Positions 9,347-18,561 of a DNA stretch of 64,000 nucleotides are shown piece after piece. The notes below the pieces were generated by a model. That model was not told the origin of the DNA. It saw nothing but the letters and a program-made list of their open reading frames with translations, and searched no databases. Position 1 is the first letter of the stretch. Each line of letters begins with the position of its first letter. This DNA comes from Eubacteriaceae bacterium UBA6119 (GTDB lineage: Bacteria; Bacillota; Clostridia; Eubacteriales; UBA1433), in contig DIVZ01000007.1 of NCBI GenBank assembly GCA_002423395.1, positions 132,442-196,441 on the forward strand, written 5' to 3'. Made by a program: the position numbers and the translations under genes.

Positions 9347-10267
9347 ATGTTTTGTACTAATTGCGGAAAAAATCTTCAGGACGGATCAAAATTCTGCGTA
9401 AGCTGCGGCGCTAAATTGGATGGAGCGAGCGCAGCGCCAAGCGGCGTTATAAGACCGGCGGACAAAATTGAATATATTATTTACGGCGAAGATATGCAGC
9501 TTGTGGAAATTGTTCTTGATCCGGGCGAAAGCGTTGTAGCGGAAGCCGGCGGAATGACATATATGGAAAAAGACATAAAGATGGAAACTATTTTCGGAGA
9601 CGGAAGCGGACAGGATGACGGCAAGGGACTTATGGGCAAGCTTGCAAGCGCAGGCAAAAGGGCGCTTACGGGTGAAAGTTTGTTTATGACGACATTCCAG
9701 AATTCGGGACAGGGAAAATCGCATGTAGCATTTGCGGCGCCGTATCCCGGAAAAATTATACCCGTAGAATTAAATGAATTTGACGGGAATTTGATATGTC
9801 AAAAAGACGCTTTTCTATGCGCGGCAAAAGGAGTGTGCATCGGAATATATTTGCAGAGAAAGCTTGGAGCAGGACTTTTCGGCGGAGAAGGTTTTATTAT
9901 GCAGAAACTCACAGGCGACGGGCTTGTATTTTTGCATGCAGGCGGAACAATCATTAAAAAGGAACTTGCCGAAGGAGAAATGCTCAGACTGGATACCGGA
10001 TGTCTTGTAGCTATAAGCTCGACAGTTGATTATGATGTACAGCTGGCATCAGATATAAAGACAGGATTATTCGGAGGCGAAGGTTTATTTCTTGCCACTT
10101 TAAAAGGACCGGGTCATGTTTGGCTGCAGTCACTGCCCTTAAGCAGACTTGCTAACAGAATAAATCAGGCAAGATTTGACCATTCAGGAGAAAACAGAGG
10201 ACTTAACAATCCTATAGGCGAAATAACCGGAGGACTTGGCGGAGCTCTCGGAGGATTATTTAAATAA
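9347..10267 (+). CDS. AIM24/TIGR00266 (DUF124) family protein with N-terminal zinc ribbon
   Basis: Starts 'MFCTNCGKNLQDGSKFCVSCGAKL'. The body 'GEDMQLVEIVLDPGESVVAEAGGMTYM...GEGFIMQKLTGDGLVFLHAGG...GEGLFLATLKGPGHVWLQS' is typical of AIM24/DUF124. Confidence 0.75.
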   Translation: MFCTNCGKNLQDGSKFCVSCGAKLDGASAAPSGVIRPADKIEYIIYGEDMQLVEIVLDPGESVVAEAGGMTYMEKDIKMETIFGDGSGQDDGKGLMGKLASAGKRALTGESLFMTTFQNSGQGKSHVAFAAPYPGKIIPVELNEFDGNLICQKDAFLCAAKGVCIGIYLQRKLGAGLFGGEGFIMQKLTGDGLVFLHAGGTIIKKELAEGEMLRLDTGCLVAISSTVDYDVQLASDIKTGLFGGEGLFLATLKGPGHVWLQSLPLSRLANRINQARFDHSGENRGLNNPIGEITGGLGGALGGLFK

Positions 10268-10280
10268 CAAATACATAACT

Positions 10281-10313
10281 AAAACTGCTGCGGTTTGCGG
10301 CAGTTTTTTTATT
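10281..10313 (+). terminator. Intrinsic terminator
   Basis: Stem CTGCTGC / GCGGCAG (one G-U pair) followed by a T7 run. Confidence 0.6.
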
Positions 10314-10438
10314 TTTATAAAATTATTATTCAATATCATAAAAAACGCATATATTGTTAATGAAGTAAATTCAAACAACGGCGTTTGATATAAGAATAAT
10401 GGCTTATATGGCTGCGCTTTTTTGTTTTCGGAGGATAT

Positions 10439-12277
10439 ATGTGCGGAATAGCCGGATGGATCGATTTTAACCGCGATTTACAAAATCAATCAAAAATAAT
10501 GAATAAAATGAATGAAAAACTCATACGAAGGGGACCAGATGATGAAGGTATATATTTAAGCGAGCATGCCGCCCTGGCTCAGAGAAGGCTTGTTGTTGTA
10601 GACCCGCAAGGAGGCAGGCAGCCCATGATACGCAAAAGAAACGGAGCGGAATATATAATAATTTACAACGGTGAACTGTATAACACAGAAGATATAAGAA
10701 AAGATCTCATACAAAACGGGTTTAGCTTTGAGGGGTGGTCGGATACGGAAGTGCTGCTTGATGCGTACATTTGCTGGGGCGAGAAGTGCCTTGAAAAGTT
10801 TAACGGCATATACGCTTTTGCTATTTGGGACAGTCAAAAGCAGAACTTGTTTTTGGCAAGAGACAGGATAGGGGTAAAGCCTTTATTTTATTATGAAAAA
10901 AACGGAACGTTTTTGTTCGCATCGGAAATAAAAGCAATACTTGCTCATCCGCTTTCAGATGCAGCAATAAATAAGACGGGACTTGCGGAAATTTTCGCGA
11001 TAGGTCCCGCGCGAACTCCGGGAGAAGGCGTGTTTTTAAATATACATGAATTAAAACCAGCATGCTGTATGAATGTTAATAGCAGCGGTATAAAGACAAA
11101 ACAATACTGGCGTCTTAATAGCCATGATTTTGACGAGAGCTTTATAGATACTGTAGAAAAAGTACGCAACCTTGTATACGACAGTGTGAAAAGACAGCTT
11201 GTATCAGACGTTCCGTTATGCTTTTTACTATCGGGCGGACTTGATTCCAGCGCGATATGCGCTATTGCGAAAGACGTATATAAAGATGAAAAACCAGTAC
11301 TCACATTTTCAATCGATTATACAGATAATGAGCGTTATTTCAAGAAAAGCGATTTTCAGCCCGACGCAGACGCCCCTTGGGTTAAGAGAGTGTCAGAATA
11401 TCTGGGCACACAGCATACCAATTGCGTTATCGATAATTCGGAGTTGGTATTATCGCTGTTTGACGCCGTGCTTGCAAGAGATCTTCCCGGAATGACAGAT
11501 ATAGATTCATCACTTTTTCTTTTTTCAAAGCAAATAAAAACTAAAGCGACTGTAGGGCTTTCGGGAGAGTGCGCGGATGAAGTATTCGGAGGATATCCCT
11601 GGTTTTACAAACAACTTGATACAGAAAAGCCGACTTTTCCGTGGTCTTACAGGCTAAGCGAGCGGTTAAAGCTTTATTCGGATGAGCTTATAAGCCTTAT
11701 AAAACCTGAAGAATACGTAATGGGGCGATATGAGGAAGCGATTTCCGAAGTGCCGCGCTATGAGAAAGATTCACAGGAAGAAGCGAAGAAAAGAGAACTA
11801 TTTTATTTAAATCTTACAAGATGGATGCCTACATTGCTTGACAGAAAAGACAGAATGAGCATGTATACGGGACTTGAACTAAGAGTACCGTATTGTGATC
11901 ACAGGCTTGTTGAATATGTATGGAATATACCTTGGGAGATGAAATATTATAAAGACAGAGAAAAAGGATTATTAAGGCAGGCTCTTACCGGTTATTTGCC
12001 GCAGGATGCGCTGTGGAGGAAGAAAAGCCCATACCCCAAAACGCATAATCCGATGTTTTTGGAGGAAGTGCGCAAGTTGGCCCTTCTAATGCTGAATGAT
12101 GAGACAGAACCGATACAGCCGTTTATTGATAGACATAAGGTCAAAGAATTTGCGCTGTCAATTAACACTGACACTAATATACCATGGTTCGGGCAGCTTA
12201 TGAACGCGCCGCAGATGCTTGCGTATTTATTGCAGATTAATTTCTGGATGAAAGAATACAATATAAGAATTTTGTAA
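10439..12277 (+). CDS. asnB: Asparagine synthase (glutamine-hydrolysing)
   Basis: Ntn-amidotransferase start 'MCGIAGW'. PP-loop 'LLSGGLDSS'. 612 aa. Confidence 0.9.
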   Translation: MCGIAGWIDFNRDLQNQSKIMNKMNEKLIRRGPDDEGIYLSEHAALAQRRLVVVDPQGGRQPMIRKRNGAEYIIIYNGELYNTEDIRKDLIQNGFSFEGWSDTEVLLDAYICWGEKCLEKFNGIYAFAIWDSQKQNLFLARDRIGVKPLFYYEKNGTFLFASEIKAILAHPLSDAAINKTGLAEIFAIGPARTPGEGVFLNIHELKPACCMNVNSSGIKTKQYWRLNSHDFDESFIDTVEKVRNLVYDSVKRQLVSDVPLCFLLSGGLDSSAICAIAKDVYKDEKPVLTFSIDYTDNERYFKKSDFQPDADAPWVKRVSEYLGTQHTNCVIDNSELVLSLFDAVLARDLPGMTDIDSSLFLFSKQIKTKATVGLSGECADEVFGGYPWFYKQLDTEKPTFPWSYRLSERLKLYSDELISLIKPEEYVMGRYEEAISEVPRYEKDSQEEAKKRELFYLNLTRWMPTLLDRKDRMSMYTGLELRVPYCDHRLVEYVWNIPWEMKYYKDREKGLLRQALTGYLPQDALWRKKSPYPKTHNPMFLEEVRKLALLMLNDETEPIQPFIDRHKVKEFALSINTDTNIPWFGQLMNAPQMLAYLLQINFWMKEYNIRIL

Positions 12278-12302
12278 AAATCAATATTATAAAAATAATA
12301 AT

Positions 12303-12328
12303 AAAAAACAGCCGTCGGCTGTTTTTTT
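12303..12328. terminator. Bidirectional intrinsic terminator
   Basis: AAAAAACAGCC-GTC-GGCTGTTTTTTT between convergent asnB and the minus-strand cluster. Confidence 0.7.
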
Positions 12329-12354
12329 AAATGATAAGTATCATTATTTAAATA

Positions 12355-12828
12355 TCAATTATATGTTTTTCTTCTTATCGCGGTTATTATAAGAATAATA
12401 AAACCTACTGCTGCAAATGTGTATCCGATAATAAAGAAATACGTTGAAAAAACGGAATCAGCTCCCGCGACTTCCAATATCCCATTAAATAAATTTCCTG
12501 CCGCCAGAAGCGCTATACCTGAATTATATATGTTATAAAACAGTCTATATCCTTTATATCGATTAATAAGAGGAAATATTAACCTTACTAAAGCATAGAA
12601 TATTACGCCGCCGATTAAAGGATATACAAACATATAAGTCATTGCGGCGGAACGCACTCCATGACCGAAAATCGCGTAGATGTTATCTATCGCAATTGCA
12701 GATACAGATAATATAAAATATACGATTATAGTTTTTTTGATTTGTTTGGTATAAATATTATTGTCAATATCTGATGTGAACAATGTCGCTAACCTCTCTT
12801 TAATAACACTGAGAATATAATAGCCCAA
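12355..12828 (-). CDS. Small polytopic membrane protein of unknown function, last gene of the envelope cluster
   Basis: About 4 predicted TM segments, no motif recognised. The track start is TTG 12828 without an SD. TTG at 12783 is preceded by AAAGAGAGG and may be the real start. Confidence 0.45.
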   Translation of the reverse strand: MGYYILSVIKERLATLFTSDIDNNIYTKQIKKTIIVYFILSVSAIAIDNIYAIFGHGVRSAAMTYMFVYPLIGGVIFYALVRLIFPLINRYKGYRLFYNIYNSGIALLAAGNLFNGILEVAGADSVFSTYFFIIGYTFAAVGFIILIITAIRRKTYN

Positions 12829-12852
12829 CTGAATCTTTTTTTAAAGAACTTT

Positions 12853-13908
12853 TTAATTTTTTGCATATTTTTTTAGTCCGTTAAAAATATATTTCTTCTG
12901 AATAATATAACTTATGAAAAACAGCATTGTATCAACAAAAATTTTAATTAACAATATTGGCATTGAAATTTTTGAAAGCAGGCTTACGAGCGCCCAGCTT
13001 GACAGCATTTGTATGCAAAATAACGCAACATATTTTATAAATTCTTTACCTATGTAGTTTTTGCTTTGAAAAACCCAGTACTTATTAAGCATGAAGTTTA
13101 TATTGCCCGAAGTTACTCTGGCGATAACGGTTGCGAAGAAAATGCCTGTTGTGCTTGTGCCGAAAACTAGGTGTGCAAGCAAAGCAAACAGAGATAAATC
13201 TGCCGCTGCCGATAGAACAGATGAAACGCTGTATTTTATTATATTTAAATAAATTAATACAGAGTCGCGCACCGTATTGAAATGACTTGAAGAGTTGTTG
13301 TCGGTGTATATAACCGAAATCGGAACATTTTTTACATCAATTTTATTGTTTGTTATTTCCATAAGCAGATTCATTTCATATTCATATCTCTTGCCCGGTA
13401 TAGCAAGGCATAAGTTTGTATAAACTGCAGGAATTCCACGAAGACCTGTTTGGGTATCTTCACATCGTTTGCCGGTGCTTAACAAGAATATAATAGATGT
13501 CAGACGGTTGCCGAAACGGGACCTTAGGGGTATATTTTTCTCGCTGAAATTCCTGGTTCCGAGAATAAAGCTCTGGGGGTGATTAATAAGAGCATTAGAT
13601 ATTTTAACAATATCACCTACAGCATGCTGTCCGTCTGCATCCGCTGTAACATAACCCGAGATATCGCGGTAGTTGCCATGAGCATATTTTATTCCTGTTT
13701 TAATAGCAATACCTTTGCCTTGATTATGCTCGTGCGTACAGACGCTGCACTTTAAATCTGTTATTAATTTTTCAAAAATGTGTTTATACTCCTCCGCGCT
13801 GCCGTCGTTTATTACTACTATCTCAAAGCCTTCTTTTTTTAAGTATTCCGCCAAATATATAAGTCTTTCATCGGGATTGAGAGCAGGTATTATAATAATG
13901 GGTTTCAT
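12853..13908 (-). CDS. Family-2 glycosyltransferase fused to a GtrA-like domain (paralog of 1917..3020)
   Basis: 'IIIIPALNPDERL...IVVINDGS...TADADGQH' plus C-terminal 'RVTSGNINFMLNKYWVF...IQKKYIF'. Confidence 0.8.
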   Translation of the reverse strand: MKPIIIIPALNPDERLIYLAEYLKKEGFEIVVINDGSAEEYKHIFEKLITDLKCSVCTHEHNQGKGIAIKTGIKYAHGNYRDISGYVTADADGQHAVGDIVKISNALINHPQSFILGTRNFSEKNIPLRSRFGNRLTSIIFLLSTGKRCEDTQTGLRGIPAVYTNLCLAIPGKRYEYEMNLLMEITNNKIDVKNVPISVIYTDNNSSSHFNTVRDSVLIYLNIIKYSVSSVLSAAADLSLFALLAHLVFGTSTTGIFFATVIARVTSGNINFMLNKYWVFQSKNYIGKEFIKYVALFCIQMLSSWALVSLLSKISMPILLIKIFVDTMLFFISYIIQKKYIFNGLKKYAKN

Positions 13909-13939
13909 ATAGCTATCTCCAAACTCTGTAGTATATTTA

Positions 13940-15610
13940 TTAGTTTCTACCCGGCATATTGTTGTTATTGCCCGGGGTGCGGGTCTGCCCGCCGCTATTA
14001 TTGTTTGTCACTTGTGTACCGTTATCTGAAATTGTGGTAACCACAGAAGATATCGTTATATCTGTAAGTTCTTTATTATTTACTTTTAAAGTATAAGTGC
14101 CGCCTTTTACTAAAGATGCGCTGCTTAACAATATTGATTGATACTTTTTATTAGGTGTATACGAAAGCACAGTACTTCCGTTTTCATCTGTGAGAGTAAC
14201 GGTTGAGCACGCCGTTTGAGCAGACGAGAAAATTACCGTTATTGAGTATTGCGTTGAACTGGTCGATGGCGACTGCGTCATACCGGAGCTTCCCGCTATT
14301 GTTAGAGTGCCGCCCGTTAAATAGCATGTGCCGTTATAATCAACGGGAGCATCCGCGTTGCTTACAGGGCCGCTGATCTTTAATACACCGCCTTTAAAAT
14401 ATATGGAACCGTTAGAATCTATTCCGTCACCGCCAGTATTTAGAGTTATGTCGCCGCCTGTTATTGTTATGGTACAATCGGTGTCGTTGGCAAACTGATC
14501 TTTATTGTTTTTATTGTTGTTATCGGATGAGGAGTCAGCGCCGCCGGCTGAATTGAAACCGTCGTCTTTTGAGGTTAAGTCTATAACGCCGCCGTTAATT
14601 GTAAGCGCCAACGCTTCAAGACCTTCATAACAGTTTTTTACGAATATCGATCCGGCGTTGACTGTTAAAACAGAATTGGCGTGAAGAGCGTCATCACCCG
14701 CGCTTATTATAATGTTTCCGCCTGATATTAAGATATTGCCGTTTGAATGAAGCGCGTCATCAGCAGAAACTATATTAAGCGTACCTAAATTTATCTGAAG
14801 CAAACTTTCAGAGAGAATGCCTTTGCCCGTTGATTTTATATTAAATGTTCCGCCGTCTATTGATATATAGCCTTTCTGCGTATCGTCGGCATTGCTGGCT
14901 TTCAGTCCGCTGCCGCTATTTGCAATTAAAGTAAATGTGCCGCTTTTTACAGCAATGGAATCTTTGCCTTTTATCGCGTCATTTACCGCGGTTACTTTAA
15001 TGTTTCCGCCGGTTATCATCAAGTCGTCTTTTGATGTTATTCCATTTTTATAGTTGCCTGTTATATTAAGAGTACCGCCGCCGTTTATGGATAAATCGGT
15101 TTTGCAGAATATAACGCTGTCAGGCTCATCTTCTCCTGCTTTAAGCACATAAGAATCAGAATCCGAAAGATTGTTTGTAGTGTTGTCTGCAATAGTTATT
15201 ATTACTTTATCCGCGCTAACGCCATAAATTGCTGGGCCGATTAAATTGGTTATGTTTGCATTGTTTAATATAATTCTGACGATGTCATCTTTATCTGCAT
15301 CTACGACTATTGTGCCGTTATTAAGTGTGCCTGACAACACGTATGTCCCTGCTGATGTTATGCTTACCGCGCTGTTGTTTACTTGGGCGCCTGAGCCGTC
15401 AACCGATGCAGACGAGCCGTTTAAAGTAATTTTTGTGACGCTTGATGCATCCCAAGTGCTTGTGGTATCTTCATCTTTGTATTCTACGCTTACTGAAGTA
15501 AGATAAGATGAAGATGTATTCGAAGATTCTTTTGAGCAACCACCAAAAGGTATAACCATCAAAGCAATTATTAAAAATATTAATAAGTTTTTAATTTTTT
15601 CATTTTTCAT
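13940..15610 (-). CDS. Lipoprotein with Cthe_2159-like (DUF4353) beta-helix carbohydrate-binding repeats
   Basis: Lipobox 'VIPFGGC'. At least 9 repeats of the I-(T/S/D/N)-GG-x-(I/L/F)-x-(I/V/L) type (ITGGNIKVTA, IDGGTFNIKS, ISGGNIIISA, INGGVIDLTS, ITGGDITLNT, LTGGTLTIAG and others). C-terminal Ig-like region and N/G/T-rich tail. Confidence 0.7.
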   Translation of the reverse strand: MKNEKIKNLLIFLIIALMVIPFGGCSKESSNTSSSYLTSVSVEYKDEDTTSTWDASSVTKITLNGSSASVDGSGAQVNNSAVSITSAGTYVLSGTLNNGTIVVDADKDDIVRIILNNANITNLIGPAIYGVSADKVIITIADNTTNNLSDSDSYVLKAGEDEPDSVIFCKTDLSINGGGTLNITGNYKNGITSKDDLMITGGNIKVTAVNDAIKGKDSIAVKSGTFTLIANSGSGLKASNADDTQKGYISIDGGTFNIKSTGKGILSESLLQINLGTLNIVSADDALHSNGNILISGGNIIISAGDDALHANSVLTVNAGSIFVKNCYEGLEALALTINGGVIDLTSKDDGFNSAGGADSSSDNNNKNNKDQFANDTDCTITITGGDITLNTGGDGIDSNGSIYFKGGVLKISGPVSNADAPVDYNGTCYLTGGTLTIAGSSGMTQSPSTSSTQYSITVIFSSAQTACSTVTLTDENGSTVLSYTPNKKYQSILLSSASLVKGGTYTLKVNNKELTDITISSVVTTISDNGTQVTNNNSGGQTRTPGNNNNMPGRN

Positions 15611-15648
15611 AAGTCACCATTGTATATTTTATTTCATTTTGTCAGTAA

Positions 15649-16335
15649 TTAAAGTTCTTCTTTTCTGTCGGGGATTTCTCCGCAAATCACATTTAAATTT
15701 CCATTTCTGCATCTTATTTCATCGATAAAGTTTTTTTCTATTTCTTCATTTTTTAAAACGATTTTATATTTTAATTCATATAAAGTGCCCATATTAGTTG
15801 TTTTAACTCTTGCCAATTCGGCATATTTCGTATATTTTTTAAACAAATCATTAAATAAACCGTGATAATTAAGATTTTCAGGAATTGTTATTTTAAGCTG
15901 TTTTGATTCTCGTTTAGGCTCTCCAAAACTAACTTTATTTAGAATCATACTTGACAGTCCTATAATTATCAGGAATATAAAAGCTATTGCAATATAACCC
16001 ATGCCGGTAGCAAGACCTGTTGCCATTGCAAAGAATATGCTGCTTATTTCTCTGGCATTACCGGGAATTGAACGGAAACGAGTTAAACTGAATGCGCCCA
16101 GCACAGCAACCCCGGTGCCGAGATTGCCGTTTACTACCATTATTACAAGCTGTACAATTGCAGGCAGAAGCACTAAAGTTACAATAAAACTTTTTGTATA
16201 TGAGCTGTTTTTATACATATATATAAAAGCCGCGCCGAAGCCCAGCACCAAAGACGCAAAAGTGCATATCAGCAGGTAGCTTATCGTAATTGAAGCAGGT
16301 GACGTTGTTGTTGTGTTGATGATACTGTCGAGCAT
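15649..16335 (-). CDS. DUF4956 membrane protein
   Basis: 'MLDSIINT...' N-terminus, 4-5 TM segments, soluble C-terminal 'LKITIPENLNYHGLFNDLFKKYT...YELKYKIVLK' domain. Always seen next to bacterial VTC-domain genes in my experience. Confidence 0.7.
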   Translation of the reverse strand: MLDSIINTTTTSPASITISYLLICTFASLVLGFGAAFIYMYKNSSYTKSFIVTLVLLPAIVQLVIMVVNGNLGTGVAVLGAFSLTRFRSIPGNAREISSIFFAMATGLATGMGYIAIAFIFLIIIGLSSMILNKVSFGEPKRESKQLKITIPENLNYHGLFNDLFKKYTKYAELARVKTTNMGTLYELKYKIVLKNEEIEKNFIDEIRCRNGNLNVICGEIPDRKEEL

Positions 16336-17039
16336 TTGACGACTCTCTCTTTACTTAAGATAAATTTTTTATAACAGTAGCCGTATTTTGAAAATGAAAC
16401 GGGATATACTTTTAAATCATTTAAAAGCTCGGCAAGCCAAAACGGAATGCTGTCTGAGAATTTTATTTCCATTAAAAACTGTGAAGGATCCATTAACTGG
16501 CGCCCGCAATTTCCGCTTCGTAAATCAATGTCTGTTTGTCTGAATCGGATATTATCATCAAAAGTTATTCTTAAATTTGAGTCGCTTTTTTTATAAAAAG
16601 CAATCCTGTCATATGCTATAAAAATTTTAGGAAAAAGTTTATAGCGATACATAAACCAATCTATTTCGTTAAGTATTTGACCTTTTTTTGGCGGTTTTAG
16701 CTGGTAGTTCAAATAATTTCGCGCATCCGAATATGAAAGTGTTAATCTTCTTTTGTATACAATTCCGTCAAATTTTTTCTTTAGTTCCAAAAAAACTTCT
16801 GTTTCATTAGTCGGTATGCAGTAACTCCTTAGTCTTAGTTTTTCTTTATATACAGGTTTTTCGATAGAAGCTCTTATAAGGTCGTAGCTGTCGGTGTCAT
16901 AATATATGTTTGATATGGTGTTAGGACCGTGTTCGTCTTTTACCATATACCTTGCAGCCTGCGACATTAACTCTTTATATTGAGACTGGGTTATAATATA
17001 TTTTTTTTCATAACGTTTGAACGCTTCCACGGTAGTCAT
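16281..17039 (-). CDS. VTC-domain (polyphosphate polymerase / triphosphate-tunnel fold) protein
   Basis: 'FKRYEKKYIITQSQYKELM', 'IYYDTDSYDLIR...EKLRLRSY', 'LELKKKFDGIVYKRR' and 'MEIKFSDSIPFWL' fit the VTC/CYTH-like family. Its last 55 nt overlap the DUF4956 start. Confidence 0.75.
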   Translation of the reverse strand: MTTVEAFKRYEKKYIITQSQYKELMSQAARYMVKDEHGPNTISNIYYDTDSYDLIRASIEKPVYKEKLRLRSYCIPTNETEVFLELKKKFDGIVYKRRLTLSYSDARNYLNYQLKPPKKGQILNEIDWFMYRYKLFPKIFIAYDRIAFYKKSDSNLRITFDDNIRFRQTDIDLRSGNCGRQLMDPSQFLMEIKFSDSIPFWLAELLNDLKVYPVSFSKYGYCYKKFILSKERVVKCSTVSSTQQQRHLLQLR

Positions 17040-17395
17040 AATATGTCACTCCTTTTTTAATTTTCTTACATTTATAAGATATCCGACAACCTTGACAGCA
17101 CAATGGGGAAAATGTGAAATCATTGTGACTTTTATTATTTTTTTTAAAACCGAAAATTTATAATACGCAAAATATTAATTAAGGAGGTTTATATATTTAT
17201 TATAACTAAATTTCTTTTATAAAATATCATGCAAACCTTACAGGTTTTACGATAAAAGCCTTACGAATTTCTTAATTTATATTTGTCTGCAGAAATACAA
17301 TTTTAGCAGTGAAATGCATAATATGTAATAATACTTTTATAATATAAGGCATAAAAAAACAAACAACCGTTTTTTAAAAGTTGTTTGCTTTAAAA

Positions 17396-18298
17396 CTAAT
17401 ATCCTATATATACAATATCGCTTATTGCTCTCTCGGTTCCGTCTGACGGATGATTTACAACTTTGCCATTAAAATACATTGTTGCAGAACCTCCTCCGTC
17501 TAAGTTATATGCCCATACGCAGCCCTTATCGTAAAGAATTTGCGCAAGTTCTTTTAACGTAAGACCTGTGCTTGTTTTTGTTCTGCCGTCACAGACGGCG
17601 AATATATAATGTAAAAGGGAAATTTGACCGATTGCAGTGCGAGGATTGGTTGTTGTGAATGCTGCTGATTTTGTCATTTTGTTTGCGGTTATTTTACCGT
17701 TTTCTATAAGACCGGGTCCGAATGATATTATTTGACTTAAAGTTCCGCTGTTTAATAAAGATTTGCTTATTTCACTGTCCGCCTCTATTAAGAAATTACC
17801 CGATGTATCGATAATTAGGGCGTCATATCCTGAACCCCTAGAACTCGTTCTATATAGTTTGCCGTTGCGTAATACATAGCCGTGGTCTCTAAAACCGTAA
17901 TAATCTCCGTTAACGGCTAAGATAGCGCTGTGAGAACTTGCCATTTTGGACGTAATATCTTTAATATTGCGTCCGTATGAATTTTTCGCAAATGCCGTTT
18001 TTAAATACGATGCATCTTTAAGCTGTATATCCGCAATATATATAACAGTATTGTACTCTTTAATAGTCTCGATTGTTATTTTGATGTTATCATCTGAATA
18101 GGAAGTTTCTGTAATCACCGGAGCTGAGGGCTGTGAAGGCTGATTTTGAGAATCGGAAGTATCGGTATTCGCGGCGGTTATGGCTTTAGGAATTACAAAT
18201 GTGTCCAGCATTGCGTATGCAAAAAATAATATAAGCAATATAGAAAATACAATTGTCCATCTGTAAGGTTTTGATAAAAAACGTTTTATTTTATTCAT
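17396..18298 (-). CDS. Phosphodiester glycosidase (NAGPA/DUF2233) family protein, membrane-anchored
   Basis: N-terminal TM anchor. 'AVNGDYYGFRDHGYVLRNGKLYR', 'PRTAIGQ' and 'NLDGGGSATMYF' are hallmark motifs. Confidence 0.7.
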   Translation of the reverse strand: MNKIKRFLSKPYRWTIVFSILLILFFAYAMLDTFVIPKAITAANTDTSDSQNQPSQPSAPVITETSYSDDNIKITIETIKEYNTVIYIADIQLKDASYLKTAFAKNSYGRNIKDITSKMASSHSAILAVNGDYYGFRDHGYVLRNGKLYRTSSRGSGYDALIIDTSGNFLIEADSEISKSLLNSGTLSQIISFGPGLIENGKITANKMTKSAAFTTTNPRTAIGQISLLHYIFAVCDGRTKTSTGLTLKELAQILYDKGCVWAYNLDGGGSATMYFNGKVVNHPSDGTERAISDIVYIGY

Positions 18299-18561
18299 AA
18301 GTTATCAGTTATCTTTCTACTCCGCCGTTACATGCATTAATCGTTTTATTTCATTATACTTACCAAAAAATTAAAAACAACAAATTATTTTAAAATCAAA
18401 CAAAATAATAATTATTATAACAATTTTTTATATGATTTTATCTAGAATAAAAGTTATACATAGATGTTTAATAAACTTGTAAACAAAACTGCTTGTTTAT
18501 ATAATATATTTGGCAGAAAATCAACAATTTTATATTTACAAAATAAGAGGTAATTAGCAGT

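Noticed and set aside
10268-10438. Possible T-box or other leader upstream of asnB
   Set aside because: Only about 125 nt lie between the upstream terminator and the start codon. No specifier-loop or T-box sequence was recognised.
17040-17395. Long AT-rich gap upstream of the VTC gene, containing a CACAATG...CATTGTG hairpin and an orphan AAGGAGG on the plus strand
   Set aside because: No recognisable riboswitch core. No start codon lies at a usable distance from the orphan SD. The region is left as an unexplained 5' region mentioned under the VTC finding.
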